From Minisyncoccota bacterium (GTDB taxonomy: Bacteria > Patescibacteriota > Minisyncoccia > JAHIHE01 > JAGLIN01), in assembly GCA_041661265.1 (NCBI GenBank), contig JBAZUT010000008.1:1134-65133 (forward strand): DNA of 64,000 bases, written 5' to 3'. The notes beneath the pieces are model-generated. The model was given only the letters and a program-made list of their open reading frames with translations, was not told where the DNA came from and did not search any database. Below, in pieces: positions 46,482-57,645 of this stretch. A program made the translations under genes and the position numbers. Each line of letters opens with the position of its first letter. Within the stretch, counting starts at the first letter, position 1.

Positions 46482-47525
46482 ATGAATAAGCCGAAAATAG
46501 CGGTCGTTATCATAAATTGGAATGGTATTGTCCTATTGGAAGAATGTTTATGTTCGGTTGAGAACCAGATCTATGGCAATAGCAAGATAATATTTGTCGA
46601 CAATGGATCTTCGGATGGATCAGCGGGATTTGTGAGGGGAAGATTTCCAAAGGTGGATATTATTCAGTTAGACAAGAATACCGGTTTTGCAAAGGCGAAT
46701 AATGTCGGTATCCATAGGGCCCTTGAGGACAAAGAAGTGGAGTATGTGGCATTGTTAAATAACGATGCCGTTGCGGAAAAGTCCTGGTTGGGCAAAATGC
46801 TGGAAGTCGCTGAACAAAATGATAGAATAGGTTCAGTTGCTCCCAAAATACTCAAATATTACCATAAAAATGAATTTGACTGTTTTGGCATAAAAATACG
46901 CATTATTGGAAGCGGTATGAATAACCTGTTGAATATGAAGGATGATGGAAGCTATGATAGGTCATATGAGGTATTCGGGACAAGCGGCTGTTCTTGCTTA
47001 TATAAAAGGAAGATGCTTGAAGATATCGTGATCGAAGATGAGTATTTTGATAATGATTTTTTTGCCTATTGTGAAGACATAGATCTGGATTGGAGGATGA
47101 GGCTTAGGGGATGGAAAAGCTTCACGGCTCCCGGATCGGTCGTGTTTCATAAGGGCTCGGCGACGTGCCAAACTTATTCCTATTTCAAGGCATTTCATTC
47201 GCATCGAAATCGTTTGTTCGTGATGTTGAAAAACTATCCCCTATTCTTTTTGGCGAGAGGGATGGCTGTATTTATATTCAGTTATCTGCATTATTTTAAA
47301 AGCATATTCAGAAACAAGGGTTATTCCGCCAGAACGAAGGAAAAAATAGGATATTTAAATACGGCAAAGTTCATAATCTTGGGATGGTCCAGCTATTTCT
47401 CACATTTCTTTAAGATGTTAAAGAAGAGGAGAATAATACAGAAGATGAGGATAGCGAGTGATCGGGATGTGTCGGAATGGTTTACATTGCTTGGTGAGGC
47501 CGATAATGTATCGGAGGCTGAATAA
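46482..47525 (+). CDS. Glycosyltransferase family 2
   Basis: IAVVIINWNG...FVDNGSSDGS...LLNNDAV. Confidence 0.75.
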   Translation: MNKPKIAVVIINWNGIVLLEECLCSVENQIYGNSKIIFVDNGSSDGSAGFVRGRFPKVDIIQLDKNTGFAKANNVGIHRALEDKEVEYVALLNNDAVAEKSWLGKMLEVAEQNDRIGSVAPKILKYYHKNEFDCFGIKIRIIGSGMNNLLNMKDDGSYDRSYEVFGTSGCSCLYKRKMLEDIVIEDEYFDNDFFAYCEDIDLDWRMRLRGWKSFTAPGSVVFHKGSATCQTYSYFKAFHSHRNRLFVMLKNYPLFFLARGMAVFIFSYLHYFKSIFRNKGYSARTKEKIGYLNTAKFIILGWSSYFSHFFKMLKKRRIIQKMRIASDRDVSEWFTLLGEADNVSEAE

Positions 47526-48579
47526 GCCTGCGACAGAATGGCAATGGGATGATCTTCGGCATAATATGGATTTTATTATAAGCAAATATATAACACAAAT
47601 GCTCAATAATCTTATCAATAAATATGATGCCGTGTTGCTGTGCAACGCAGTAAGGGAGGGAAAATTAGGGAGAGTTTTATCCAAATTGACAGGCAGCAAG
47701 CAGACAAAGATAGCCGATTCCTGGAGGCATATAAAGAAACCGCCTACTAATTGGTATGACATACCGGCGGTGAATGAGCATTGGAATCTTCTGATCTCCG
47801 GAAGAGCAGATATTGATTATAATGAATATATCTCGCGAAAGTATTTTTCGGACCGTAAAGACATGAAAGCGTTATCTCTTGGTTGCGGAACCGGACATAG
47901 AGAGCTAAGGTGGGCAGGGTTGGGTAATTTTGAAAAGATAGATGCATACGATCTCTCAATAAATAGGATAGAATATGCGAAAAAAAAAGCCGAGGAGGCG
48001 GGATACGAAAATATTATTAATTATCAGGTCGGAGATATCTATGGACTGGAAAAATTAGATAATCAGTACGATGTCATCTTGATGGAACAGTCATTACATC
48101 ACTTTTCTCCGCTAAGAAATATATTGCTTAAAATGGATAATTTTCTCAAGCCACACGGATTTGCTGTCATCAATGAATTTGTTGGTCCGACGAGATTTCA
48201 ATGGACAGATAGGCAGCTGGATATAATAAATGGTTTACTGTCGGTTCTGCCCGTCAAATACAAGAAAAAACTAAGTGGTGGCATAAAGAATAGGGTTTAC
48301 AGGCCGAGCAAGTTAAATTTGATCTTAAGTGATCCGTCAGAGGCTGTTGAATCATCGAATATAATTCCTTTGTTGAAAGATGTTTTTAACGTCATGGAGA
48401 TTAAAGAATATGGCGGGACTATCCTGATGATGCTACTTAGTGAAATCGGCCATAATTTTCTGTCGGGTGACAAGGAAACAAGGGATTTATTGGATCTCTG
48501 CTTCAATGTTGAAGATGTTTTAATCAAACACAAGGAGATTCAAAGTGATTTTGTCGTTGCTGTGTGCAGAAAAGAATGA
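47458..48579 (+). CDS. Class I SAM-dependent methyltransferase
   Basis: LSLGCGTGHRE motif I. Its 5' end overlaps the preceding GT2 gene, so the true start may be downstream. Confidence 0.6.
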   Translation: MIGMCRNGLHCLVRPIMYRRLNKPATEWQWDDLRHNMDFIISKYITQMLNNLINKYDAVLLCNAVREGKLGRVLSKLTGSKQTKIADSWRHIKKPPTNWYDIPAVNEHWNLLISGRADIDYNEYISRKYFSDRKDMKALSLGCGTGHRELRWAGLGNFEKIDAYDLSINRIEYAKKKAEEAGYENIINYQVGDIYGLEKLDNQYDVILMEQSLHHFSPLRNILLKMDNFLKPHGFAVINEFVGPTRFQWTDRQLDIINGLLSVLPVKYKKKLSGGIKNRVYRPSKLNLILSDPSEAVESSNIIPLLKDVFNVMEIKEYGGTILMMLLSEIGHNFLSGDKETRDLLDLCFNVEDVLIKHKEIQSDFVVAVCRKE

Positions 48580-48896
48580 CTATTTCGGGATAATATAAGC
48601 GGGAAGGTTTCCGGGAGGAGGTTTGGTTTATTGTATGGAAAAACAGGATTATTGCTTAGTTCTGACGAATCAGATAGTATGCTGCCAATATGATGTCGAT
48701 TTGATAACTATATTCCGTTGTTTCGGTCTATGAGGACTCGCAGGTTAACCGCAAGGATGGCCTGAATTTTTTACATTAGGTATTGTATTTGACAATAGAT
48801 GTTGTATTATCTTTATGCTATAATGGAATATGTGGATTTGGGTAAACTGAATAGTCAAGGGATTTGAGCGATAAAATGCTATAATAGTAAGATATA

Positions 48897-49823
48897 ATGA
48901 TACACGAAAACAGAATTACGGTAAGTGTAATAATACCTACATATAACAGGGCTAGTTTGCTGAAAAGATCGATCGATAGCGTTCTAAGCCAGACATTCGG
49001 AGATTTTGAAGTGATCATTGTTGATGATGGATCTACGGACGATACGGAAGAGGTGGTGTGCGGGGTCAGGGATCCGAGGATTAAATATATAAAGTATAAT
49101 GAAAATAGGGGTGCTACGGCTGCCAGAAATGTCGGGATTAGGGCAGCCAGAGGTGAATTTATTGCTTTTCAGGACAGTGATGACGAGTGGCTCCCTGAAA
49201 AGTTGGAAAAACAAATGAATGTCTTCAAAAAAGCCGCTCGGGATGTGGGCGTGGTTTATGTAGGTTTCTGGAAGTTAAAAAATGGCAGAAAAATATACAT
49301 TCCGGCTAAGGCCGTAAAGAAGAGACAAGGCGCCATATACGAAGAGCTGATCAAAAGAAACTTCGTTTCGACTCAGACGATCCTGGTGAGAAGCGAATGT
49401 TTCGCAAAAACCGGGTTGTTTGATGAAAAATTGTCCAGGCTTCAGGACTGGGACATTGTACTAAGGCTTTCAAGGTATTATAAGTTTTGTTTTATCGAAG
49501 AACCTTTAGTGTTGCAACACTATACTCCCGGAAGCATATCGGACAATTCCGGTGCGCTTATGGAGTCAATTGAACTGATAATAGATAAAAATAGGGAATA
49601 TTTATATAAACACAAAAAAATACTGTCGAGGCATTATTTCCGGATGGGTAGTGAATTGTGTTCGGATGGAAGGATCAAGGATGGAAGGAGCTATCTTATC
49701 AAGTCGATCAGGCATAACATTTTAAATATTCCAGCACTGTTATTTTTCACATTGTCCGGGGCAGGATTCGGTAAAAACAATTTCAAAAGACTGGATGAAT
49801 TGATAACGTATTTGACGAATTAA
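48897..49823 (+). CDS. Glycosyltransferase family 2
   Basis: VSVIIPTYNRASLL...IIVDDGSTDDT...FQDSDDEW. Confidence 0.8.
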   Translation: MIHENRITVSVIIPTYNRASLLKRSIDSVLSQTFGDFEVIIVDDGSTDDTEEVVCGVRDPRIKYIKYNENRGATAARNVGIRAARGEFIAFQDSDDEWLPEKLEKQMNVFKKAARDVGVVYVGFWKLKNGRKIYIPAKAVKKRQGAIYEELIKRNFVSTQTILVRSECFAKTGLFDEKLSRLQDWDIVLRLSRYYKFCFIEEPLVLQHYTPGSISDNSGALMESIELIIDKNREYLYKHKKILSRHYFRMGSELCSDGRIKDGRSYLIKSIRHNILNIPALLFFTLSGAGFGKNNFKRLDELITYLTN

Positions 49824-49919
49824 GCTTAGTTTGATGAGAGTTTTACTGAATATCTAAAAATGCCGTTGGAAATATATATAGTCAGCCGAAAGGTTTAGAC
49901 TGGACCGGTCATCAGCAGG

Positions 49920-51110
49920 TTGGAAGAAGTAAGTATTCCGGTAATTAGTATTATATTTGTAAATATGAGAAAAAACTTCTTGGTATTTGGAAATCCGATA
50001 ATTGAGGAGGGGGAAATAAGCGAAGTAGTTGATTCCCTCAGGGCCGGCTGGCCTGGTACTGGACCGAAAGTGAAGAAGTTCGAAGATATGTTCAAAGACT
50101 ACAAAGGAAGAAAATTCGCACTGGCTCTAAATTCCTGCACGGCATCTCTGCATTTATCTCTTTTGGCCATCGGAATACGTTCCGGAGACGAGGTAATTGT
50201 TCCTGCCATGACATTTACGGCAACGGCCAGCACTGTAATTCATGCGGGCGGGAAGCCGGTTTTTGCAGATTGCGAGAAGGATACGATGAATATCGATCCT
50301 TTGGACATAGAAAAAAAAATAACTGCAAGAACGAAAGCGATAGTTCCTGTTCATTTTGCCGGGCGTGCATGTAATATGGACGCTATAATGGATATTGCAC
50401 AGCGTCATGGGTTGAAAGTGATAGAAGATTGCGCACATGCGATCGAAACCGAATATAAAGGCCGAAAAGCCGGAACTTTCGGGGATTTGGGATGTTTCAG
50501 CTTCTATGTGACCAAGAATATAATTACCGGTGAAGGGGGGATGGCGATCACTGATAACGAAGAATATGGGGATAAGATAAAAATGCTCGGACTTCATGGA
50601 ATGAGCAAGGATGCATGGAAGAGATTCGGCAGTTCCGGATATAAGCACTATGAAGTATTGTATCCGGGGTATAAATATAATATGATGGATATTCAGGCAG
50701 CACTGGGGATCCATCAATTGCCCAGGGTGGATAGATATTGGCTCCGTCGCCAAGAGATTTGGAATCAGTACAATGAGGCACTTAAAGATCTGCCCGTTTT
50801 CATCCCTGCTCCCATTGAAGAAAATACAAGGCATGCATATCATCTATATACATTGCTGATAGATATTGATAAGATCAAAATCAGCAGAGATGAATTATTA
50901 GACAAAATGACAGCAAGGAACATCGGCGTAGGGGTTCATTATATTGCCTTGCACCTGCATCCGTATTATAAGGAAGAGTTCGGATATGAAAAGGGAGATT
51001 TTCCAAATGCAGAATGGATCTCTGAAAGAACGGTTTCATTGCCGTTATCTGCGAAGCTGACGGATAAAGATGTGAAGGATGTAATCGAGGCAGTTAGAGA
51101 TATTTTGTAA
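49920..51110 (+). CDS. DegT/DnrJ/EryC1/StrS (ArnB/VioA-like) sugar aminotransferase
   Basis: The PLP-lysine region is FSFYVTKNIITGEGG. Likely start is at 49965 (MRKNFLVFG). Confidence 0.85.
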   Translation: MEEVSIPVISIIFVNMRKNFLVFGNPIIEEGEISEVVDSLRAGWPGTGPKVKKFEDMFKDYKGRKFALALNSCTASLHLSLLAIGIRSGDEVIVPAMTFTATASTVIHAGGKPVFADCEKDTMNIDPLDIEKKITARTKAIVPVHFAGRACNMDAIMDIAQRHGLKVIEDCAHAIETEYKGRKAGTFGDLGCFSFYVTKNIITGEGGMAITDNEEYGDKIKMLGLHGMSKDAWKRFGSSGYKHYEVLYPGYKYNMMDIQAALGIHQLPRVDRYWLRRQEIWNQYNEALKDLPVFIPAPIEENTRHAYHLYTLLIDIDKIKISRDELLDKMTARNIGVGVHYIALHLHPYYKEEFGYEKGDFPNAEWISERTVSLPLSAKLTDKDVKDVIEAVRDIL

Positions 51111-51116
51111 CAAAAT

Positions 51117-51908
51117 ATGAATAAAATAAAGAAATTTTGGGATAATAGGGTTGACAAGTATGGGCACACCGGCTGGAGCGATAGCTCTATCTATGCATAC
51201 GATCAACAGGCTCGTCTTATGGCTGTCGAAAAGATATTACAGCTTATGGCGCTAAACGGATCAATTGCTTTGGACTTTGGAACTGGTGTGGGAGATTTTG
51301 CTGATCTGTTGTCAAGATATTTCAACAAAGTAGTTGCTTTTGATGTTTCCGAAAGTGTAATTGTCAAAGCGAAGAAAAGATACGGCAGAGTTAAGAATAT
51401 TCAATTTTTTTCCGGCGGTTCCATTGAGAATGTGCCAGTGTCAAACAAGGCGTTGGATCTTGTTTTATCCGTAACGGTGCTTGATCATATTATCGATGAT
51501 TCCGAGCTGGCAAGAACAATAAAGCATTTCCAGGGTATATTAAAAGACAACGGCACTCTTATTATATTCGAATATGCGCTGGACCATAAGAAGCAGAAGA
51601 CGCAATATCAAAGATTTATGGAACTGGAAGAATGGCGCTCGATGTTTTTGGAAAGTGGATTCAGCTTAAATAAATATTATAACTTTTATCATCCGATAGA
51701 GCATCCCTGTGACAGTTATCTGTCCTATAGAAACAGCTTTTTGGTAAAAGCACTGAACATGTTCTCGAAATATACCGCTTCTCATTTGGCAAGCGGATAT
51801 CTAAATGAATTAGCGCGTAGATACTTGAAAGGAAAGCGAGACTTTTTGATAGAGGATAATAAAGAGAGTTCTCCGATTAAAATAATGATATTTAAAAGAA
51901 ATTGCTGA
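51117..51908 (+). CDS. Class I SAM-dependent methyltransferase
   Basis: ALDFGTGVGDFADLL motif I. Confidence 0.6.
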   Translation: MNKIKKFWDNRVDKYGHTGWSDSSIYAYDQQARLMAVEKILQLMALNGSIALDFGTGVGDFADLLSRYFNKVVAFDVSESVIVKAKKRYGRVKNIQFFSGGSIENVPVSNKALDLVLSVTVLDHIIDDSELARTIKHFQGILKDNGTLIIFEYALDHKKQKTQYQRFMELEEWRSMFLESGFSLNKYYNFYHPIEHPCDSYLSYRNSFLVKALNMFSKYTASHLASGYLNELARRYLKGKRDFLIEDNKESSPIKIMIFKRNC

Positions 51909-52020
51909 TTTTTACCGCGCAGTGTAAATTTCGGGGGTTTGCCCGGGGCAGTTAATTTGAATTCCGATGATGCATTCATAATGAGCGGCAAAGTGATTAC
52001 TAACTTGATAAATTGTTTAT

Positions 52021-52674
52021 ATGATAGGAGATAATGTGCCAGAAAAAGATTATTTCATTAAATGGTATGGAGGAAGGAATTGGGATCGATATCGCGATCT
52101 GGTGGCAGGATGCATAAAATATGGCGCTCCCGGGAAGTGGCTTGATGTAGGGTGCGGCACAGGTTATTTTGTCGAATGTGCCGGAAAATTTGGGATCGAT
52201 TGTGTCGGGATAGATGGATCGGCCGATGCTGTAAATATTGCTAAAGCGCGGTGTTCCAGTCTGGACATCAGACAGCATTTTTTGGAAAACAAATTACCTT
52301 TCGAAGATGATTCTATGTCGACTATAATGTGTAATCAAGTAATAGAACATCTTTCGCTCGAAGCTGCAGATCATATGCTTTCGGAATGTCATAGAATTCT
52401 GAAGCCTCATGGGGTGATATTTATCAATTCTCCCTGTAAATATAATACAAGAGAAAGATATTCTGATGAAACTCATATAAATCTGTACACTCCCGGTTCG
52501 CTGAAGATGAAGCTTGAAAAAGCGGGTTTTAGGACAGTCGCATCGCTCAATAGTCCCATGAAGATTCTTGGTACAAACAGAATATCAAAAAATATAATTT
52601 ATCTGTTATTTAAACTGTTTCCGATCGATCACTTGTCGGCTTCGGCAAATTGTATCGCTGTTAAAGATAAGTGA
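52021..52674 (+). CDS. Class I SAM-dependent methyltransferase
   Basis: WLDVGCGTGYF motif I; ILKPHGVIFI. Confidence 0.7.
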   Translation: MIGDNVPEKDYFIKWYGGRNWDRYRDLVAGCIKYGAPGKWLDVGCGTGYFVECAGKFGIDCVGIDGSADAVNIAKARCSSLDIRQHFLENKLPFEDDSMSTIMCNQVIEHLSLEAADHMLSECHRILKPHGVIFINSPCKYNTRERYSDETHINLYTPGSLKMKLEKAGFRTVASLNSPMKILGTNRISKNIIYLLFKLFPIDHLSASANCIAVKDK

Positions 52675-53051
52675 GGACATCAGATGGGGCTGGTTGGTGT
52701 GCGGCCGGCAGGCAAGAAGCGTTATTGTTTACTGTGTCTTTCGCGCAATTAATGGATCTTCTCGTTTACAAAACATTTGTTCCCGGTTTAGAAGGTGCCA
52801 TATCGAAATATTCAATTGGCAAGTTTTCAGATATCGGGTGCGGCGATAAACTGCATGAAAGCATCGTTATATCCTGTGTCGATGAATATCGGCTTTTATC
52901 ACAAAGATATGTTTCGCAACAAGTCAAAAATTGATTTGATTGGGGATGACTATTCTTTTCCTGCAGATGATAGTTGTTTCGATACTATTCTTTGTACTGC
53001 ATAGACCATTCAGAAAGCTTTACGCGGTTGGTATTAATTAGTTGAGAATAT

Positions 53052-54518
53052 ATGAATCTAGAAAAAAGGACCATTAGGGGTCTTGGTTGGTCCGGCATTT
53101 CACTGTTTATCCGTTTGTTGTTTAATTTTGTCATAACGGCGATCCTGGCCAGAGTGCTGGTGCCGGGAGATTTTGGAATGTTTGCGATGGTTGTTTCTTT
53201 CACAAATTTCTTTGCAATCTTTTATGACCTTGGATTAACTGCAGCGTTAGTACAATATAAAGAACCCATGGAAGAGCATTTTTCCTCAGTGTTCTGGTTA
53301 AATATTTTGGCCGGTTTTATTTTAATGCTGGTGGTAATGTTGTTGGCCTCGACAATTGCCGGTTTCTATGGGGAGAGCAGGGTCATATCCGTTGTTCTGG
53401 TGTTGGCCTCGATATTCTTCATCTCTTCTTTTGGCATGGTTCAATCCGCCATATTCACAAGGCAGCTTGATTTCAAGTCTCTGGCCATAATTGAAATACT
53501 GGCAGTTTTTATTTCCGGTGTAATCGCCATAGCATTAGCTTTTTATGGGTTTGGGGTTTGGAGCCTTGTCTGGCAGCAAGTCATTCTTAGTTTCATTGCA
53601 ACGGTCTTTCTTTGGGTGTTTTCAAAATGGAGGCCTAAACTATTGTTCGAATGGCAGCGGATAAAGGAGTTGTTAGGTTTCGGTCTAAACCTCACCGGTT
53701 TCAGTTTGCTGAATTATTTTAACCGTAATTTTGATAATATTTTTATTGGAAAAACATTAGGACCCGTATCATTGGGATTCTATAATTTGTCTTATAGGCT
53801 GATGCTTTTTCCCTTAAATAACATCTCCCAGGTTATTGGCAGGGTCATGTTCCCCAGTCTTGCATTGATCCAGGGCAATAAAGATAAAATCAGTCTTATG
53901 TATATTAAGGCGACTCGACATATTGCCGCAATAACGTTCCCTTTGATGACGGGCCTTTTTTTGGTGGCGCCTCAGTTTATAAGGATAGTTTTCGGAGATA
54001 AGTGGGAAAGATCTGTTTTGATTCTTCAAATTCTTGCCTTTATCGGATTGATACAGTCAATTGGAACAACTGTGGGGTGGATCTATCAATCACAAGGAAG
54101 GATGGATATTATGTTTCGCTGGGGAAGATATGCTTCGATCATAATCGTAGCTTCTTTTATTGTGGGGGCGCAGTGGGATATAGAGGGAGTGGCTGCTGCC
54201 TATGCAATAGTTTCATTATCTCTGGCACTTCCTAATTTTATTATTCCTTTTAGGTTAATAGATCTAAAATTGTCTTATTTTATCAAGCAATTCAGATCGA
54301 TTTTTCTTTCAGCGATGGGAATGGGATTAATGGTAATATTTTCGAATGTTATAATGATAAAGTTGTCAGTAGAAAATGATATGATCATTTTTCTTACAGA
54401 AGTATTTATTGGCGCTATAAGTTATGCTATCTTCATGTCGATATTTGATAAGCCTTTGTGCAGAGACAGTATTATTTTAATCAGGCAATTGTTATATTTT
54501 ACAGATGCCGGAAAGTAA
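53052..54518 (+). CDS. wzx: Wzx-like polysaccharide/oligosaccharide flippase (MOP superfamily)
   Basis: About 12-14 TM helices; N-terminal RGLGWSGISLFIRLLFNFVITAILARVL. Confidence 0.7.
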   Translation: MNLEKRTIRGLGWSGISLFIRLLFNFVITAILARVLVPGDFGMFAMVVSFTNFFAIFYDLGLTAALVQYKEPMEEHFSSVFWLNILAGFILMLVVMLLASTIAGFYGESRVISVVLVLASIFFISSFGMVQSAIFTRQLDFKSLAIIEILAVFISGVIAIALAFYGFGVWSLVWQQVILSFIATVFLWVFSKWRPKLLFEWQRIKELLGFGLNLTGFSLLNYFNRNFDNIFIGKTLGPVSLGFYNLSYRLMLFPLNNISQVIGRVMFPSLALIQGNKDKISLMYIKATRHIAAITFPLMTGLFLVAPQFIRIVFGDKWERSVLILQILAFIGLIQSIGTTVGWIYQSQGRMDIMFRWGRYASIIIVASFIVGAQWDIEGVAAAYAIVSLSLALPNFIIPFRLIDLKLSYFIKQFRSIFLSAMGMGLMVIFSNVIMIKLSVENDMIIFLTEVFIGAISYAIFMSIFDKPLCRDSIILIRQLLYFTDAGK

Positions 54519-54530
54519 ATCTTAAAAATT

Positions 54531-55724
54531 ATGAAAGTAGTTATTCACTACAAGAACGGTTCTTATCTTGGTATTACTGAAAATTGGATATATAGCCAGA
54601 CAAAGAACCTGAAAAGATATAGGCCAATCGTTTACGCATTATGTTCGGAGAATCTGAATGTCTATCCGACCGAATGCATAAGATCATTTGGGCCTTGCAG
54701 AAAAGGATCTTCAGAGCGCAGAACGCCCCTGATGTTTCTTAACAGAATATTCAATAAAATATTTAGTTTTTATCCGATGTTCTGCTACTATTTAAGAAAA
54801 GATAAGCCCGATCTGATACATGCCCATTTCGGTCCTTCCGGGTATAGTTTTTTAAAACTAAAGGATTATTATCATGTGCCCATGATAACGACTTTTTATG
54901 GCTATGACCTTAGCATGCTCCCCCTGGAGCAGCCCAAGTGGAGAAAGAGATATAAAAAATTATTCGCAGAAGGAGAAAGATTTCTTGTTGAAGGAAGCCA
55001 TATGAGGAATTGTTTGGTGAAGTTGGGCTGTCCCGAAGAAAAAATACGCATCTTCCATCTTGGCGTGGATCTCAAAAAAATTAAATTTGTTGCGAGAGAC
55101 AAATACGCAGAAAACGGGGATATCAAAATTCTTATAGCTGCCAGTTTCAGAGAAAAAAAGGGCATACCTTTCGCAATTGAGGCGGTGGGGAGGGTGGCTA
55201 GGAAGCGGTCCGGGTTAACACTTACTATAATCGGAGATTCGAATGGAAACGACGAGGGAGAGAGGGAAAAGAAGAAGATCATTGAATTGATAGAAAAGTA
55301 TGACCTAAAGAGCAAAGTCAGGATGCTGGGCTATCAGCCGCATGATATTTTTGTGAAGGAGCTTTATGAAAATCATATTTTTATACATCCAAGCGTTCAT
55401 GCTTCTAATGGTGACACCGAAGGAGGATCTCCCGTGTCCATAATAGAAGCTTCTGCTTCCGGGATTCCAATTTTGTCGACTTTTCATTGTGATATACCGG
55501 AAGTAGTCATTGATAATAAGAGCGGTTTTTTGGTTCCGGAAAGAAATGTCGAGGCTTTGGAGGAAAGGTTGGAATTCATGTTGACTAATTGTGATTTATG
55601 GAAGAAAATGGGTTTATGTGGAAGACGGCGTATTGAGGACGAATATGATATGATAAAACAAGCCATAAAATTGGAGGACATATATGACGAATGTGTTAGT
55701 ATGAGATCAAGTTTAAAACAATAA
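54531..55724 (+). CDS. Glycosyltransferase family 4
   Basis: GGSPVSIIEASASGIPILST...FLVPE. Confidence 0.7.
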   Translation: MKVVIHYKNGSYLGITENWIYSQTKNLKRYRPIVYALCSENLNVYPTECIRSFGPCRKGSSERRTPLMFLNRIFNKIFSFYPMFCYYLRKDKPDLIHAHFGPSGYSFLKLKDYYHVPMITTFYGYDLSMLPLEQPKWRKRYKKLFAEGERFLVEGSHMRNCLVKLGCPEEKIRIFHLGVDLKKIKFVARDKYAENGDIKILIAASFREKKGIPFAIEAVGRVARKRSGLTLTIIGDSNGNDEGEREKKKIIELIEKYDLKSKVRMLGYQPHDIFVKELYENHIFIHPSVHASNGDTEGGSPVSIIEASASGIPILSTFHCDIPEVVIDNKSGFLVPERNVEALEERLEFMLTNCDLWKKMGLCGRRRIEDEYDMIKQAIKLEDIYDECVSMRSSLKQ

Positions 55725-55795
55725 TGCAGTTTTAGGGATAATACCGGAATTGACAGTCAAGGAAATTGCGCAAGGCTATGTGAAAATGATTTAAA

Positions 55796-56848
55796 ATGAG
55801 AATACCGGCGAATTTTATCAATATAAGAAGCATCATGACTAAAATACTTATAACTGGCGGAGCGGGATTTATTGCAAGCAATTTCATTCGTTATATTTTG
55901 GAAAAATATGACGATTATTCTGTTATAAACATAGACAAGTTAACTTATGCAGGAAATCTGTATAATCTGAGAGATGTTGAAAGAGATCCTCGCTATAAGT
56001 TCATAAGGGGAAATATCTGCAATAAAAAAGCGATAGAAGGGATTTTTAAGAGAGAAATGCCGGAACTTGTTGTTAACTTCGCTGCTGCGACTAATGTCGA
56101 CCAATCGATCATTGAACCTGAAGTGTTCACGGAAACGAATGTTTTAGGCGTTCATATTTTACTTGAAGCGGCGAGAAAATTCGGCATAAAGAAATTTTTA
56201 CAAATATCTACCGATGAGGTCTATGGCAGTGCAGACGAACATAAATTCAAAGAAACCGATAACATATCTCCAAATAATCCATACTCATCATCCAAGGCCG
56301 GAGCCGATCTGTTGGCGAGGTCTTATTATAATACCTTTGGATTGCCGGTGGTTGTTACGCGTTCATCCAATAATTTCGGATCATTTCAGTTTCCGGAGAA
56401 ACTAATTCCTTTTTTTATTACAAATCTTCTGGAAAATAAAAAAGTTACATTATACGGAGATGGTTCCAATATACGCGATTGGATCTATGTTTTAGACAAT
56501 TGTATCGGAATAGACATTGTTTTGCACAAAGGAAATGTCGGGGAAGCTTATAATATAGGGGGCGGGAATGAAAAGAGCAATCTGGAGGTTACAAAACTTA
56601 TTTTGCAGGAAACCGGAAAAGACGAATCTTTTATAGAATATGTCAAAGACAGGCCGGGACATGATTTTCGTTACGCCTTGGATACTACAAAGACAAGAAA
56701 ATTAGGATGGGAGCCGAAACATGATTTTGAGGAGGCAATAATTCAAACTGTTAGTTGGTATAGAAATAATGGATCTTGGTGGAAACGGATAAAATCCAAA
56801 AAGCAGTTTAAGAACTATAAGAAACAGCTCAAGGGAATATTGAAATAA
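55796..56848 (+). CDS. rfbB: dTDP-glucose 4,6-dehydratase
   Basis: ILITGGAGFIASNF, ISTDEVYGS and YSSSKAGADLL (the YxxxK motif). Likely start is at 55835 (MTKIL). Confidence 0.85.
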   Translation: MRIPANFINIRSIMTKILITGGAGFIASNFIRYILEKYDDYSVINIDKLTYAGNLYNLRDVERDPRYKFIRGNICNKKAIEGIFKREMPELVVNFAAATNVDQSIIEPEVFTETNVLGVHILLEAARKFGIKKFLQISTDEVYGSADEHKFKETDNISPNNPYSSSKAGADLLARSYYNTFGLPVVVTRSSNNFGSFQFPEKLIPFFITNLLENKKVTLYGDGSNIRDWIYVLDNCIGIDIVLHKGNVGEAYNIGGGNEKSNLEVTKLILQETGKDESFIEYVKDRPGHDFRYALDTTKTRKLGWEPKHDFEEAIIQTVSWYRNNGSWWKRIKSKKQFKNYKKQLKGILK

Positions 56849-56885
56849 GCCACAAGAAAGGCTAAACAAACTAATATAAAAGTTC

Positions 56886-57614
56886 ATGAACGTCAGTAAT
56901 GTTTGTGGTCTTATTAAAAACGAGATTCTCAGTGTCTGGTATCGAGGCGCTAACTATGAGTGTCCGTTCTGCAATAAAAAATGCCGTAAATTTTCAGTTG
57001 CCGGAATAGACAAAAGAGCGAATGCGAAATGTCCACTTTGCCAATCGTTGGAGAGGCACAGATTCCTGTGGTTATATTTGAGAAACAAAACGCCTTTTTT
57101 TGAAGAAAGGATAAAAGTGCTCGATGTAGCGCCAACTCCCTTTTTTCAGAAGATGTGCAAAAAACTTCCCAATATGGAATATGTCAGTGCGGATATATCC
57201 TCTCCGATTGCAATGGTAAAAATGGATATAACCGATATCAAATTACCTGACGAGCAATTCGATTGTATTATTTGCTATCATGTCCTGGAGCACATCACTG
57301 AAGACAGCAAGGCCATTGGCGAACTGTTCAGAATTTTGAAACGTGGAGGGTGGGCAATTATACAATCGCCGATTGATCCAAATAGAGAAAAAACATTCGA
57401 AGATCATGCGATAACTGGCTTCAACGATAGGATAAAAAATTTCGGACAGGGAGATCATGTCCGAATCTACGGGTTGGATTATATAAAGAGATTAGAAGAA
57501 GCCGGATTTATCGTAAGGATCGATGATTATTATTGTGAACTACCATCTGACATTTCACAAAAATACGGTCTGCTAAAAGATGAAAAGATATATTTTTGCA
57601 TGAAGAAAAGATAG
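56886..57614 (+). CDS. SAM-dependent methyltransferase with N-terminal Cys4 zinc-ribbon
   Basis: CPFCNKKC...CPLCQS, then a methyltransferase core (FDCIICYHVLEHI). Confidence 0.55.
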   Translation: MNVSNVCGLIKNEILSVWYRGANYECPFCNKKCRKFSVAGIDKRANAKCPLCQSLERHRFLWLYLRNKTPFFEERIKVLDVAPTPFFQKMCKKLPNMEYVSADISSPIAMVKMDITDIKLPDEQFDCIICYHVLEHITEDSKAIGELFRILKRGGWAIIQSPIDPNREKTFEDHAITGFNDRIKNFGQGDHVRIYGLDYIKRLEEAGFIVRIDDYYCELPSDISQKYGLLKDEKIYFCMKKR

Positions 57615-57645
57615 CTCTCGGCAATTAAACATTTAAGCAATAAAT

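Noticed and set aside
50154-50843. 229-aa minus-strand ORF antisense to the DegT aminotransferase
   Set aside because: The plus frame has the PLP-lysine motif and full-length aminotransferase similarity.
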